A stretch of DNA of 64,000 nucleotides from Eledone cirrhosa (GCA_964016885.1 OZ024740.1:239010001-239074000); one strand, 5' to 3'; numbered from the stretch's first letter, positions 25,222 to 40,509 are shown. Program-made: numbers and translations. The notes: generated by a model not told the origin, from the letters alone.

Positions 25222-26223
25222 ATCTCTGAGGCTCAATATAAATTAATTCTTTTAATGCTGAAGAGCAGCATAAATGACGTTTCTCTCTTTTGCAGGGTTG
25301 CCGAGATTGTTGGGGCGAAGGGTGGGAGAAACCACAAATCATGGGTTACTATATTAGGGATCAGCATACCTTGATATTGAGTTAGCTTCAGACGGGAGAC
25401 CTGGTCTGAATGTTTGCAACAAACTCCGCTAAAAGCCAACAACAAAACCAAGCTTGACGACAGATTTAGTCAACTACCCAGTACCAGTAATGCACTGGGT
25501 AATTGCTGGCCTTGTGCCAAAAGTAGAAATAATTAATGATACCCATTCAATTAACTCTACCTTTCCCTACAATAAATAAACAAATACATAAATAAAAACA
25601 AAAAATGTAAAACATTGGTCTTTAACTTAAGTAAAAAAAACCCCAAAAATTGAAATTTTATTAGCAGTTAATATCTCCAGGGAAACTGTTTTGACAATCA
25701 AGAAATAGCATTTCACATTAATAGTTGTCAGATTTTTCAAAATTGATATTCGTTGCACTCAGCTACGAAGTTAGAGTCATTTGACTAATGGGTTAGAAAT
25801 CATCTCACATTACTTCAACAGATATTGGCAAAACATTTTTTACTTCCAACCCAACATTCTATTGTTACAAATTGCGTTAATCTAATTTTATAAAAGCTAT
25901 CAGCAAATATTGATTATATCACTAAGGGAAACCAAAAAATGAATACGTAGGTTAAAACAACTACATACAACATCCTTGTTGACAGTCACCAGCACCAAAT
26001 TTAGATTTCTCTATACAACAAAAGAGAATTTGTCAAAAATTTTACTGTTATTTGCGATCATAATTAGATACAACTTATTGTATTTGGTACCTAGGTTTTG
26101 AAATATTGTGGGTTGTTGCTGATGTCGTTTTCTAACTCCCAATTCAAATTTGATCGAGCAAATTTGATTCAAGCCATAACCATTCCATTATATATTTATA
26201 TATGTATATATATCAAAATCCTG

Positions 26224-26301
<78 letters not shown>

Positions 26302-26510
26302 GGTATTAACAAATGGAAACTATATTTATAAAACCATATTTATTTCATTATACATATTTCAAGGATACCAAGTTGTATATATATAAATATAAATCAGGAT
26401 GGATTCAGTTTCAAAGTGGTTAGAACATTACTCACCAGAGTACTCAATACTTGGGGTAGTAGAGTATGGTTATATTATAAAGAGTTGGAACCCCGACGGC
26501 TGAGCTCTTG

Positions 26511-26542
<32 letters not shown>

Positions 26543-27826
26543 GAAAAAGTATGACCCCGACGGCAGAGCTCAAGCCGTTTCGACGGCTATTTCTGGACTA
26601 AATTAGAATTTTTAGCCCGGTGAATAAATAGCCGAACTTGTCCAAGGGGTACTTCCTTATATGGGAAGGTTGTAGTTGTCAAGAGGATCGGTTAAAATTT
26701 GTTGTAAACACAAATAAGTCTATCATGGCATTTGGTGGGAGCTAGGGGTGGCTGAACTTGCCTGTAGAACAATAGGGGAGTGAGTGGAGTGGTCAAGCAA
26801 AGTGATATGTATACAGCAGATTCTAAGGATAGTGTATGAAGTGGAGGAGGGAGGTTATAGAATAGGTAAATCGAATGAGAGTAGGAGACAATAAAAGATA
26901 ATAGAAAGAAATAAAAAAAATATATAAAATTAGATAGTGAGAAATAAAAACAAATCACAATGCTATCTTACAATTACAGATTAATAAGTTGAGAATAGAA
27001 AAAACTTGTAGAAATTGAGTAGTAACAAATGTGATACAAAATTAAAGGGGTTTAACACATCTGCTATAAGTAGTTAGTAAAACGTATTCGGCCAATTCTA
27101 TCTTAAAATTACAGGGTTGGGGGAACTGATGCTACAGAGGCCCGATGGGCTGCATCGGGGTAGACGAAAGGGGAAAAGCAGACGAGGAGGAAAATAGGGG
27201 GTGGAAGGAAGTGATAGGATGAGACAGGGGGAAGAAGAAGACAAAGAGGAAAAGAAAAGAGATACATCTACCTATGTAAGCTGGGGTTTCCCCTAACTTA
27301 TTCGGCAAGTGGGAGGTTATCAGCCCTTGTCTACTCACCTGGGTCGTTATGGGGTTTGAGGGCGAGGTAAGTCCTACGCAATCTGTGTTTGCATGCGGTT
27401 ACCAGTTCGTCAGGTGGATCGGTTGAAGTCTGTTGTAAACACAGATAGGTCTATCATGGCATTTGGTGGAAGGTGGGGGTGGCTGAACTTGCCTGTAGAG
27501 CAATGGGGGAGTGAGTGGACCGGTCAAGCGTTGAGGGTGATATGTATACAGCAGATTCTAGGGATGGTGTATGAAGTGGAGGAGGGAGGTTGTAGAATGG
27601 GTGAATCGAGTGGGAGTAGGAGGCAATGGAAGATAGTGGAAAGATATAAAAAAATATATAAAATTAGATAGTGAGAAATGAATAAAAAATTAAAAAAAAA
27701 TCACAATGCTCTCTTGCAGTTGCAGGTTGATAGGTTGAGAATGGAAAAAACTTGTAGAATGAGTAGTAACAAAACTGATACAAGATTGAGGGGGTTTTAG
27801 CACGTCTGCTATAAGTAGTTAGTAAA

Positions 27827-28322
27827 ACTCAACCCCTATGGAAGAAATAACTTAGACATCAGTGGAGAGCCAACCAGGAGGTGTAACTGCCCTGATAGAT
27901 CTACGTGCCCCCTCAACAACAAATGCCGAGAACGTAACGTGATCTACCAGTGCAACGTGAGGACGGACACCTCCAACAAAGCTTATATAGGATTAACCGC
28001 GTGTGACTTCAAGACCCGGCTCTACCAACACAGACATGCTTTCCGAAACCCGGTCTGGCGACATGCCACTACACTTTCGGGCCACATCTGGGACCTCCAA
28101 GATAATAATATAACCTACAATCTCACTTGGAGCTTACTGTCTAGAGCTAACTCTTACACGGGAGGATGCCGTCCGTGTAACTTATGCTCGGAGGAAACAT
28201 TACAAATGCTATTTTCGAAGGACCAACTCCTAAACAAGAAAGATGAACTGGTAACCGCATGCAAACACAGATTGCGTAGGACTTACCTCGCCCTCAAACC
28301 CCATAACGACCCGGGTGGGTAG
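27827..28322 (+). pseudogene. Naiad-type PLE GIY-YIG endonuclease C-terminal fragment
   Basis: RRCNCPDRSTCPLNNKC..VIYQC..AYIGLT..FKTRLYQH..CNLCSEE..LLNKKDELVTACKH; 5'-truncated. Confidence 0.85.
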
Positions 28323-29006
28323 ACAAGGGCTTATAACCTCCTACTTACCGAATAAGTTAGGGGAAACCCCAGCTTACATAGGTAGATGTATCTCTTTTCT
28401 TTTCCTCTTTGTCTTCTTCTTCCCCTTGCCTCATCCTATCACTTCCTTCCACCCCCTATTTTCCTCCTCGTCTTTTTTCCCCTTTCGCCCACCCCGATGC
28501 AGCCCATCGGGCCTCTGTAGTATCAGTTCCTCCACCTCTGTAATTTTAAGATAGAATTGACCGAATACGTTTTACTAACTACTTATAGCAGATGTGTTAA
28601 AACCCCTTTAATTTTATATCAGTTTTGTTACTACTCATTCTACAAGATTTTTCTATTCTCAACTTATTAACCTGTAATTGTAAGATAGCATTGTGATTTT
28701 TTTTAATTCATTTCTCACTATCTAATTTTATATATTTTTTTATTTCTTTCTATTATCTTTTATTGTCTCCTACTCTCATTCGATTTACCTATTCTATAAC
28801 CTCCCTCCTCCACTTCATACACTATCCTTAGAATCTGCTGTATACATATCACCTTCAACTCTTGACCGCTCCACTCACTCCCCTATTGTTCTACAGGCAA
28901 GTTCAGCCACCCCTAGCTCCCACCAAATGCCATGATAGACTTATTTGTGTTTACAACAAATTTTAACCAATCCTCTGACAACTACAATCTTCCCATATAA
29001 GGAAGT

Positions 29007-29103
29007 ACCCCTTTGACAAGTTCGGCTATTTATTCACCAGGCTAAAAATTCTAATTTAGTTCAGAAATAGCCATCGAAACGGCTTGAGCTCTGCCGTCGG
29101 GGT
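29007..29103 (+). ncRNA. Type I hammerhead-like motif with U3:A8 variant core and extended stem II (inverted, further mutated copy at 26554-26650)
   Basis: ACCCCU UUGACAA [G..GGCUAUUU...AAAUAGCC..C] GAAA CGGC-uugagcucu-GCCG UC GGGGU. Confidence 0.6.
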
Positions 29104-29194
29104 CATACTTTTTCCTATTTCCCACTCTACTACGCTAAGTATTGAGTACTCTGGTGCGTTATGGTCCATCTGGTTCCTTACCACAATTCCTTTG

Positions 29195-29285
<91 letters not shown>

Positions 29286-29503
29286 AGTGGAAGGTTAATA
29301 AAATCGAAATTGTAGCAGTCGGTTACACCTTAGAGTAAGTAACATACGTTAAATAGCGTGATAAATTGAAAACTGTATTTAAGGGGACAAAGCCACAGAA
29401 ACCACCACAACAACGAAGATACAATCAAGTTAAATAATAAACCTGGACCGTATCGAAGGCTATTATACAATATCCTCGATTGGTTTCTATGAATCCAAAA
29501 TCC

Positions 29504-29575
29504 AGTGGCTGAGTTGGTAGCAGCTCGGCTTACTAAGCTCAGGGCTATGGCGTTACATGGTTCGAATCTCACACT
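29504..29575 (+). repeat. tRNA-like SINE head or tRNA pseudogene
   Basis: gtggctgagttggtag (A-box-like) ... ggttcgaatc (B-box); no clean cloverleaf. Confidence 0.4.
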
Positions 29576-29710
29576 CTTCTCTATATCGCCGGTGGAGTTA
29601 TCTCCTATACACACACACATATATATAAGTTTATCCCGGGTTCAGTCGGGAGTAACCACAGTAAGTAAGGTACTCAATACAAAGCAGAGTATAAATATTT
29701 AATATAGAAA

Positions 29711-29761
29711 AGCTTCTACAGGACTAGAGCTGTTTCATTCGTGAGAAATCATCAGGAAGCT
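29711..29761 (-). ncRNA. Type I hammerhead ribozyme
   Basis: AGCUUC CUGAUGA U-UUC-ucac-GAA-U GAAA CAG-cucuaguc-CUG UA GAAGCU. Confidence 0.7.
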
Positions 29762-30574
29762 GACTGTCCAAGTAATATGGTGGTATTTTTGATATTTTTT
29801 CTCGTGGTAGGAGGTGGTGGTGATTGGGATGGGTGGAGGTCATTGGTTGATGGGTTTAAAGAAAAGGGAATTCTTTAAAAGCTATATTTAGAGTAACAAA
29901 GACAGAAAGAATTCTATAGACAAGTTCAAACTGGGGGGTGCCACTCCTTATTTTTAAAGTTCACTTAAGTTAACAATGCCTATGGTCAGGTGTCTACAAG
30001 CACATTCACACACACACACGCACACACACATATAGATAAAGCCCTTACTCCCACCCACTCGCAAAAACACACTCTTATACCCATATATATATATATACCA
30101 AATATATATATATATATATGTATGTATGTGTGTGTGTATGGGTGTATGGGTGTATATATATATATATATATTGTCAAATGTATCCTTCCTTTTTCAAGAG
30201 ACTATTGTGTGATTTGAGGTAGATTTTACTGCTATCTCTACTAGAGAGAGCAACCACGTACTGGCTGTCAAGTTGGACCGAGTGTATTAGTTATATACTA
30301 GCAATAGAAAGCAGTTATTAACTCTAAAAGATATATTGTATTTACCAAACATCACTGTGTTACGTTTTGATATAACTCTACCGAAACATTTAAACTCATC
30401 TATGTTAAATTGTATTTACAACTTTATTGAACCCATTATTATTTAAATAGACTTCTTTAACAGTTATCGATTTTAGTAGCTAGTGTATTTACTATTGGAT
30501 AACTCCAGATATGTTGTCTTGTTTTACACGTTAGCTTTAAGCCACATTATATCCAGCTGTTATCTCATATAAAT

Positions 30575-30752
30575 AACTGTTTCTACTTTTGGCACAAGGC
30601 CAGCAATTATCCCAGTGTATTACTGGTACTTTATTTTATCGACCCCGTAAGGATGACAGGCAAAGTTAACCTCGGCGGGATTTGAACTCAGACCGTAAAG
30701 GGACGTAACTGTACTGCAAAGCATGGCGTCCGACCCTCTAACGATACTACCC
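30575..30752 (-). mobile_element. SINE family A copy
   Basis: Reverse complement of the family consensus seen elsewhere in the window. Confidence 0.85.
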
Positions 30753-31951
30753 TGTTCATCCTACAACATCTAATCTAGTACATGATCTAGTATATGTCAG
30801 TGTAAATAAGAATATGCTGCACCAGCGCAGTGCTGGTATTTTTTAAATGACTTCAAAAAGATGAAAGTCAAAGTTGATCTTGGTTGGATTGGAATCTGAG
30901 AGCCAGAATCAATACTGATTTCCGTTTTAGGTACAAAGCCAGCAAAACATTGAAATGAGTGTGTCAAAAACTTCATGGCCTCGTGCCATGTAAGTATATT
31001 TGATTTCTTGTTGTTGAAGACTTTTGCTATTGTAATATCCGAATTCAAATCTCATCGCAGTCAACGTTACCTTTTATGCTTCCAAGGTCGACAAAATAAA
31101 GTGTCAAGCAAGCTCTGGGTTCAACTAAATCATCTATATGCTCTCACCAGAAATTTGTGAGTGTGATAACGCTAGAAGCCATTATACTAATATCTAGAAA
31201 TAAGCATTTGTATTAAATTACAAATTTTTCTCTATGTTCATCGTTATATGTTATCTTACTTGATAAATCATTTCATTGTTCCAGTTCTCGCGACAACCAT
31301 TTTAAATATAAGCTTTGCTCATCCATTGTTAAAACTATCTAAAGGATGTCAACAAGGCTGCGTAGTAGAAAACGGACTTTTCACTGATTATCATTTTGTA
31401 TTCCCATGTTATTAACTGTGGACTCGATAGTCTAACATCGGCTAAATCGTATACCTCCAAACAATATGAAATATTCGAACTTCCTGCTGCATTATCATTT
31501 CTATACCTAATGCACAATATTTACTCTATAGAATTAAAATGAAAGATGCAGAAAAATGAAGATTGCTTTTCATAACAGTTTTCTCATAAATTTCCAAGGT
31601 ATTGTGGCTGTGAGGATTTTCCTGTGTAAGAGCTTTTGAAGTTTCAATTATATGTCGTCTTACCATCATGTCTTTTCACATGAATAGGTTGATATATTTA
31701 TTTAATGACACGAAGGGATTACATAAAGATCAATAAATGCTCAATAATACTGACTGGAAAATAATTGTAAATCAACACAAGATCAGTAATATCGATTATT
31801 TTTAATAATACAAAAGATAAAGAAATGAATATTGATAGATGGAAGCAAAAAATTTGCCTCGAAGTTTTAAAGAGCGGAGGAAAATGAAAATAAGGATAAG
31901 GAAAATTGAAGCTAAATCGAAATTATTATATGTTCATGTTTTGTTTAAAAT

Positions 31952-32148
31952 CTATGGCAGAGATTTATATCCAGATCTCCTTGAATGGCAATAATTAAGG
32001 CAGTCTTTCTCCGTGTAAAAGTTGTTCCCGTTGCCACCACAACCACCATAATGGAACGTGCGACAACTTCCAGATCTTTGGTCAAAATAAAACCTGGTCA
32101 TTTTAGCAAAACAGAAACCAATTTCTGCCGGCATGGAGCAGTAATTAC
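31952..32148 (-). CDS. Multidomain Kunitz inhibitor gene, terminal exon (Kunitz domain 2, P1 Phe)
   Basis: ttattacAG acceptor, phase 1; NYCSMPAEIGFCFAKMTRFYFDQRSGSCRTFHYGGCGGNGNNFYTEKDCLNYC...*; six Kunitz cysteines. Confidence 0.88.
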
Positions 32149-32994
32149 CTGTAATAAAATAAAAATATAAAAAAATCATCGGAATCTTAAATTATATTTC
32201 AAACGACATTTTGTGTCAATATCGAATAATCAAATAAAAAATCAATGTTCTAAATGAAATTCCCAATAAATTTAGCACATATAAAAGAAGGCAAATAAAT
32301 CTTAGTATAGATGCTGTTACTAGAAGAAATACGATGCTCATAATATAACTATCGATTTATTTGCAAAATGAAAGTTGTTGTGTAAAGTCATAACCTCATT
32401 TTAATACATATTTTAATAGCTTACTCATACGAATTGGTATTCATTAGAACGTAAGAGAGAATGTTTTGTGGTATTTGTTTCGACTCTTTGTGATCTAATA
32501 TCAAATCCTGTTGAGGTCAACTTGGCCTTTCATCTTTTCGGATCGATGAATAACAGAGCGTCGAACTAGGTGCCTTGAAGTATCTGATCCAACTGTTTTG
32601 CGTTCTGATGGCAAAATACTTCCCTTGGACAATAACCATGGCGTGGAAAGGGGTGACTTGTATGTATGGGTAACTGCCGACTTTTACGTAAAAAAGAGTC
32701 ATTTACAAGTCTGCAATGTGGAGAAAAATGTTTCATATGTAGGTTCAAGGTTTTACAAGACATATGGAGATCGCAGAGTTAGAGAGCGAAAGGCAGCATC
32801 TATGATAATTATTTTGCAGGAGTCTCAAGACTAGTGAGGAAGAAAGTGAGAAAGAAACCAATATTCGTATGTTATTGTTGCACTACGAAGCAGTGCATCT
32901 AGATACTGAGTTATCATCAGAACGGAAACCTGCTCTGAATGCATGCAACAGAGTGGATTCTGCTAAAGGCACTTAAGGGTAAGATGATACATGC

Positions 32995-33039
<45 letters not shown>

Positions 33040-33078
33040 TATACATATATATTCATTTTATTAAGGTGAAATAGTGAG

Positions 33079-33128
33079 TCTTTTTACTCTGGAGTTACGC
33101 CTACTTCTCACAGGGTCATCAGACAAGA
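33079..33128 (-). ncRNA. Degenerate hammerhead motif (GUAA instead of GAAA) in a short element
   Basis: UCUUGU CUGAUGA cCCU..AGGc GUAA CUC-ca-GAG UA AAAAGA, bracketed by a 17-bp inverted repeat atattcattttattaag / cttaataaaatgaatat. Confidence 0.45.
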
Positions 33129-33405
33129 ACTAGTTAGTTCTTAATAAAATGAATATTTAAACTCTACTTATGTACTGAGTATTCATTTCTCTCGGCCACC
33201 AACTACATACGGATATATATATATATATATATATCTCAAGGGCGGTGCCCCAGCATGGTCTCAGCCGGATGGCTGAAACAGGTAAAAGGGTAAAAGAGTA
33301 TATATATATATATATATATGAAATGACCAGGAAAGCCCGCTTTACATACTCTGCTATGTATTGAGTACCTTACTTACGGTGGTTGCCCCCGATTGAACCC
33401 GGGAT

Positions 33406-33501
<96 letters not shown>

Positions 33502-34117
33502 CAAGAAAACAAGAACCGAACAAAGAGGATGCATTAATATAAAGTTGTATTAGTTTCACACTTAAAAGAAAGAGAGTGAGTTACATAGTCAACGTATCGG
33601 GCATTTGCCTTTCATCGGGAAAAGCACAATAGGAAAAGCGCAAAAAAAAAATATATATATATATATATAATTACACATTCGATTGAAAATTAGTGAAATA
33701 TGTGAACAACCGCATTGAAATCTGGAATTCCTCTTCTTGGATTATAAATTCACTTTTCTCTCTATTATCAGACCATCTAACTTGTATTCTGGAAATTCAC
33801 TATTAGACAGAAACCATAAAATATGTTAAACTTTTCTAAAATTCAGCAAACAACACTTTATTGTGGCTGTTACCAAAATTCCAGTAATGGAACTTTGAAT
33901 TTTAGTTAGATAGTAAACTTTTCGTTATTGAAATATTTCAAAGAATAAGAAAGTCTTCATGTGAGACGGGGTTTATGGTCGGATTTGTGGCATTAACTTA
34001 ACCCTCTAACTGACGCAGTCAGACACTCATACACGTGCCAACGGTGCCACATAATGGAATTGAACCGGTAACTTCATGATCGACAAGGGAACAATTTAAG
34101 AATTTGATTATACGTCA

Positions 34118-35000
<883 letters not shown>

Positions 35001-35954
35001 GTAATTAAATAGTTTTTGAATTGTTAGATATGCAATAGTTAAATTCCTTATTATTATCAATCATGTCAATCAATCGGATAAAACAGAAAATAAAGCAGAT
35101 ATATAAACCAGCCTGATACCTAACAGCATGCGCAATTAGTATCGCTAGCGGTAAATTTAAAAATAACACCCCTGCAACAAAAAACGGTGTTACGTCTTCG
35201 AGGCGGTGTATTTAGGCGTAAAATAATCTGTTTAATTTACGTTCAGTGTTATAGCGTGACTAAAAGTATAATTACGTTACTTAATGATTAAGAATCACCG
35301 TGTAACATACGGTGTTGGCTTAGGAACCTATGTTAGTCTGACTGTTTAGACTCGTACTTTGACTTACATGTGCAAATGGGTATTCACATATATAAATATA
35401 TACAATAACATACACGACCGTATATATCCTTTCATGCATATCATGAACATACGTAGATACAGAGGGTACATATACACGTACACTTATGCATAAGGGGTAA
35501 TTCATTATTGTATCTAAGTATTTATGCATTTATATGTGAGCAAGTCTAAGTTACGACTAAAGGACTAATAGGAATAAACAACAATTATATGTTAGGTATG
35601 TTAGAAAGAAAAGTATTAATTCTCTATTTATATTTTGCCGTAACCCCGAAGTTGATTAATAAATCTATATTGTTTTTATTTTACACCTAATAGCGTCGCC
35701 GGATGTCTTACGTCATGATGTGATGATGTAAACTGCAGCCATAAAATTACGTATTGTTTTTACGAAATATTAAAGGAATATGTTGGAATCCAGCCTTCCT
35801 TTTTCACAAAACACACAAAAACAAGATGGAGTAGAAGTTTAAGACCAGGACAAAGAAGAGACACAAAATAGATCACCATTGAGGAGGTCATAGAATGTAT
35901 GATGAAAGAACTTTGATAAACAAATGAATAACGAACACTAAAGATAAAGTGATA

Positions 35955-36900
35955 ATTGAGAAGGTGCAATTAAGGTAGGAGTGGGATTCAGTGGGTTTAA
36001 AGAACCCGGAGGTGATGAGTGAGCGATGTGCGGGGTCAATGGAGATGGAGATGTCCAGGAAGTGAATGGAGATGGTTGAGATGGAGGTGGTGAAGTCGAG
36101 GGTGGGGAGGACGGAGCAGAGGAAAGAGAGAAAAGAGTCAAGCTGTTCTCGAGTGAGTGACGTGACGCCGATGCAGTGCTCAATGAAACGACTGTATAGC
36201 TCGGGGATGGGGCTGGTGTATTGGGCAAAGATGTGGGCCTCAGAGTAGCTGACGAATAGGTTGGAATAGTTAGGCCCATTCTTTTGCCTATGGCCACCCC
36301 GGTAACTTGTTGGTAGAACTCACCCGAGAAGGAAAAGCAGTTGAGGGTGAGGTTCTAGCTCGGCGAGGCGGATGAGGGTGGAGGTGGAAGGAAGAGAGGA
36401 GGGACGAAGGTCGAGGAAGTGTTGAAGGGCTCGTAGGCCATCGGCGTGGGGGATGACTGTGTAAAGAGATTTGATACCTAGTGTGAAGAGGAGGGGTGGG
36501 GGCGGCTTGGAAAGGTAAAGGAGTCAAAGAGGCGGAGGCGTGGTTGGTGTCGGAAAGGTGGGAGGGGAGGGTGGTTACTAGGGGTGCGAGTAGGGAGTCG
36601 AGATAGGCGGAGATGAGTTCGATGGGGAAGTTGAAGGCGGAGACGGTGGGGTGGCCTGGGGTATCAGGTTTGTGGATATGGGGGTGGAAATAGATGGTGG
36701 GGGTGCATGATGTGCGGACGATGAGATTGGTGGCGTTAGTAGGGAGGAGGTGACGAGGGGTTGTATGGTAGAGGAAACTTGTTATTGTTGTTGAGAGGTG
36801 TGATCAGAGGGGAAGGGACTGTAGAAGAGAGGGGGGTTATGAAGCAGTCGTAGGGCCTCTGTCATGTAGAGGTCAGCGTGCCACATCTCCACGGCGCTGC
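35955..36900 (-). pseudogene. Penelope-like RT fragment (distinct from the Naiad type), frameshifted
   Basis: HKPDTPGHPTVSA, IKSLYTVIPH, VAIGKRMG, YSRFIEHC (decayed YxDD), HFLDISIS, FKPTESHSYL across frames. Confidence 0.72.
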
Positions 36901-37019
36901 CCATACATACTCACATGATGGCTGCAAACTTTGCTAACAATATTGCAATCGCTTCCCCGATTACAGAAAATGGTGCACTTTTAGGCTATGGCCACCACAC
37001 GAACCTGTAACACATCCTG

Positions 37020-37560
37020 AACAAGCAATGCCTGTGCTTTGAAGATTTTTTTAAGTGGGGAAAGGCCTTGCACTCGACTAATCCCACTCTCTGAGCATCG
37101 AAAACACTACCCGAAAAGGAGAACTGGTCAACATCATCGGATGATTCCGAAGCCGCATTTGGATGGCCGTTGACTCTGCTGAGTATACATACATGCTAAC
37201 ATACATACGTATATGATGGCTGCCCCCTCGTTATCGAGTATGGCCATTGCACGATATACCATTATTAATAATAATTAATTAATTCTATCGTGCAATGCTT
37301 GTGCGTGAAGATATTTTTTAAAGTGAGGAAAGACTGTGCACTGAGCCAATCCCACTCTCTGAGCGACAGTAGCTATAACACGAACAGAAGAAAAGATCAA
37401 CATCATCGGTAACTACTGAGCCGCAGGTTTTATATCGGAGTTAACCCAATTTCCTGAGTTGCCTTCTCCTAGAAGAATGCCCTGAGAAAGGCTAGGGGTC
37501 CTTCACTCCCAGTGGTTTAACCGCGCGATCGGGTGTCCAGCCCGACTATTTCTATGTCCC
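37020..37560 (+). repeat. RTE-like 5'-end fragments, locally duplicated
   Basis: ~37020-37170 and ~37290-37430 are similar; hairpin atggctg..ctcg..cgag..tggccat at ~37216 resembles 24095-24131 (minus strand). Confidence 0.4.
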
Positions 37561-37692
37561 CGCGCATATACATACACATGCACCCATGCATATACACATA
37601 TACACACACATGTACATGTGTATATACATATTTACACACTTTTGGATGGCCGTTGATGCTTATGAGTTCTTCCGCCCTTTGTCACACACATG

Positions 37693-37770
<78 letters not shown>

Positions 37771-37786
37771 CATATATACATACATA

Positions 37787-38090
37787 AAGTAAAAATATGT
37801 AAAACATTCCAAAAATTCTGCATCTAATAACTGCATATACACATGTACAGATACAAAGCATATGCACGTGCACACATATAACTGAAAAAATACACCCCCA
37901 CACATACATTAACATCCATACCTGCACACACATGCATACATGCAGACATGCAGACATATCTACCTTGTTGATATTGTGTCAATTGCAATGAGAGAGTCTT
38001 GTGTCTATGTTAGAAACCGACTCTCTCTCTCTATTGGGAAACATTTATAAAATTATAAAACCAGAAGAACTTATATACATACATACTGGG
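37787..38090 (+). mobile_element. R4/Dong-like 3' UTR fragment
   Basis: Reverse complement of ~12422-12660; flanked by tacatac repeats. Confidence 0.8.
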
Positions 38091-38308
38091 GGGAAACTAA
38101 AAATACAAACTGCAACCAATTTATAACACAACATGTTTGATATTGTTGTTTGGGACCATAATTGGAAAACATACTTTTTTGTAGAAGCCAGTTGTCCACT
38201 TGACGTAATAAAGAAGATATAAGAAAAGGAGGATATCTACAGAACATTGGCGAGGAGTTCCCAAATCTAGTATCCAAAATACAGGCTGAATTTCACGCCT
38301 ATTATCAT

Positions 38309-38490
38309 TGGATTGGCAGTATCGATAGAGGGTCGGGCGCCATGCTTTGCAGCATAGAGTTACGGCACTTTACGGTCTGAGTTCAAATCCCGCCGAGATT
38401 AACTTTGCCTTTCATCCTTACGGGGTCGATAAAATAAAGTACCAGTAATGCACTGGGATAATTGCTGGCCTAGTGCCAAAAGTAGGAAAA
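38309..38490 (+). mobile_element. SINE family A copy
   Basis: Matches the family consensus. Confidence 0.85.
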
Positions 38491-40509
38491 TTTATTATTG
38501 GAACCACATGATATATACCAACTCATCTGGACCACAGTTTGAATGAATTTGGATCATTGGGGAAAGAAAGCTGCTCCATAAGTCGTAAACTACAAATGGC
38601 CACCATATCTGCAACTTTCAAAATTTGTAAGATATTCTTACGTTTCAAAAGATGAACGATTGCACAAGGGACGACGGATCTTTCCTTTTCTTTATAACAT
38701 TACCACCGGGTAATCAAGACCGGTAAAATCAAGAAAAAAGAGAGTCAAACAAATACATACATGCATGTATGTATATAAGCAGCAGAAAGCAGAGGAAAAC
38801 TTGAAGACCAGTCTATTTTTTACAGTGATTACTCACTATTTTAAGTTTACGACACTCGATACTTGACATATTTTTTTCTCATTAATAAGTATAAAGAATA
38901 CAAATATTCTCACTTTTATACTGCCATGAAAATAATCTCTAAAGCCATAAAATATTAGTTAACGAAAAATGTCTTATTAGACATTACAAACACACACAGG
39001 CACTCATTTCGGTATCGTAGTTATTCCAGAACAAACACACAGTGTAATATAAATTTCAAGCAAAACTTATTCATCGGGAAGTCTTATAGTCCGAAGCTAT
39101 AAGACTGTTAAAAATGATTGAATTAAAACGATGTTACGACAGAGTTGTATCTAATCTAACTGACAATTAATGTACATATGTATTGTCCCGTAACTCCTAA
39201 TAGAGTGTCTTGGGTATTTTAAACCTGGCAGAGCTCACCGTCTTTCCAGGTATGAACACAGAACACAATTGATTTCTTCGAGAAGAGGGGAGAGAGAGAA
39301 ATAGATAACAGATAGGAAGTGAGAAATAGATAAAGAAGACGAATTGACCCCAGTACTGGATGGCACATCTTTATAGATCCCCAAAAGATGAAAGGCAAAG
39401 TTAACCTCAGCGGGATTTGAACTCAGAACACAAAGAGCATATCCGAACTTCGAACGACTCTGCCAATTCGCTGCCTCCAACTAAAAACTAGTTAGCATCA
39501 AAAAGGGAAGATACTATTCTATGAGATATGAAAATTCGAGTTAGTAACCATATTTCATAAATATATGAGAAACTGTACACACTAACAATTAGAGAGGTAG
39601 TTGTGGGCAGATTGCCTAAAATTAAATATAGCAGGTTAAAACTAATGTATCGATTAATTCCAAGTAAATTTCTACTTGGAAGCGTGTGGAACGCAGCCAC
39701 AATTTTGAAAATTGTGTTTATTTAGAAATGAAAACTAAAATATGAGAAAAACATGAATATGTGAACGATAAAGATTTGAAAATATATCGAATAACACACT
39801 AATAATACATTAATTATACTTATTTTAGAAATATGAAATTGCTACTTTATCTTAGGATTTAAGTAGACAGGAACTATAATCTCCTAAATCCTATCTATTA
39901 TTATGCTTAACGGAAATAATTATAATTTCAAGCGAGGGTCAACTCTCTTTTGAGTTGTTTTTTATTGTCAATGTCAACATCCGTATAAATATACTTTTTA
40001 TAGACTTCGAATTAAACCCACATAAGTATCCGCCAATTATAGCTTGAATAATAAATTCACATTTTTATTTTTTTCATGGTGTTTAGAAATGAGATATGAT
40101 TCCTAATTTAGGTGCATAGTCAACAATTTGTTGGGAGGAGAAAGTCTTTATTTTACCGACCACGCAAGGATGAAAGGCAAAGTTGACCTCAGTTGTATTT
40201 GAATTCAGAATGCAAAGGGCCGTAACTAAAAGTATTTTGTCGGACGCTTTAAGGATTATGCGAATCTATCGCCCTTGCTTAGTAATGAAATATGACGTCA
40301 ACGTAATATAAAATCTTAAAGAGGAAGTAACCCAGAAAGAGATCGACCAATATAAATGCTAGCTGATAGATAGAGCACATGTAATAAAATATAATTATCA
40401 TTCACTTATAATTACAAAACATAATTAATTTACCGTTACGAAAAAATATTTTTTCTTCGATAGTATAATATATACTTTTATATACACTATTATATACAAC
40501 ACTTAAAAA

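Larger units (their letters stand above)
26540..29190. mobile_element. Foldback Penelope-like insertion: inverted pLTR, second partial inverted pLTR, GIY-YIG fragment, pLTR
   Basis: 26540-27411 is the reverse complement of ~28241-29119; 27412-27826 is a diverged direct copy of ~26690-27082; flanked by (TA)n. Confidence 0.88.

Noticed and set aside
29504-29575. Functional tRNA gene
   Set aside because: A/B boxes are present but the acceptor and anticodon stems do not pair; treated as a SINE head or pseudogene
33575-33622. CCGAUGA...GAUA hammerhead-like string (a similar one lies at ~39045-39083)
   Set aside because: Core changes and no stem I
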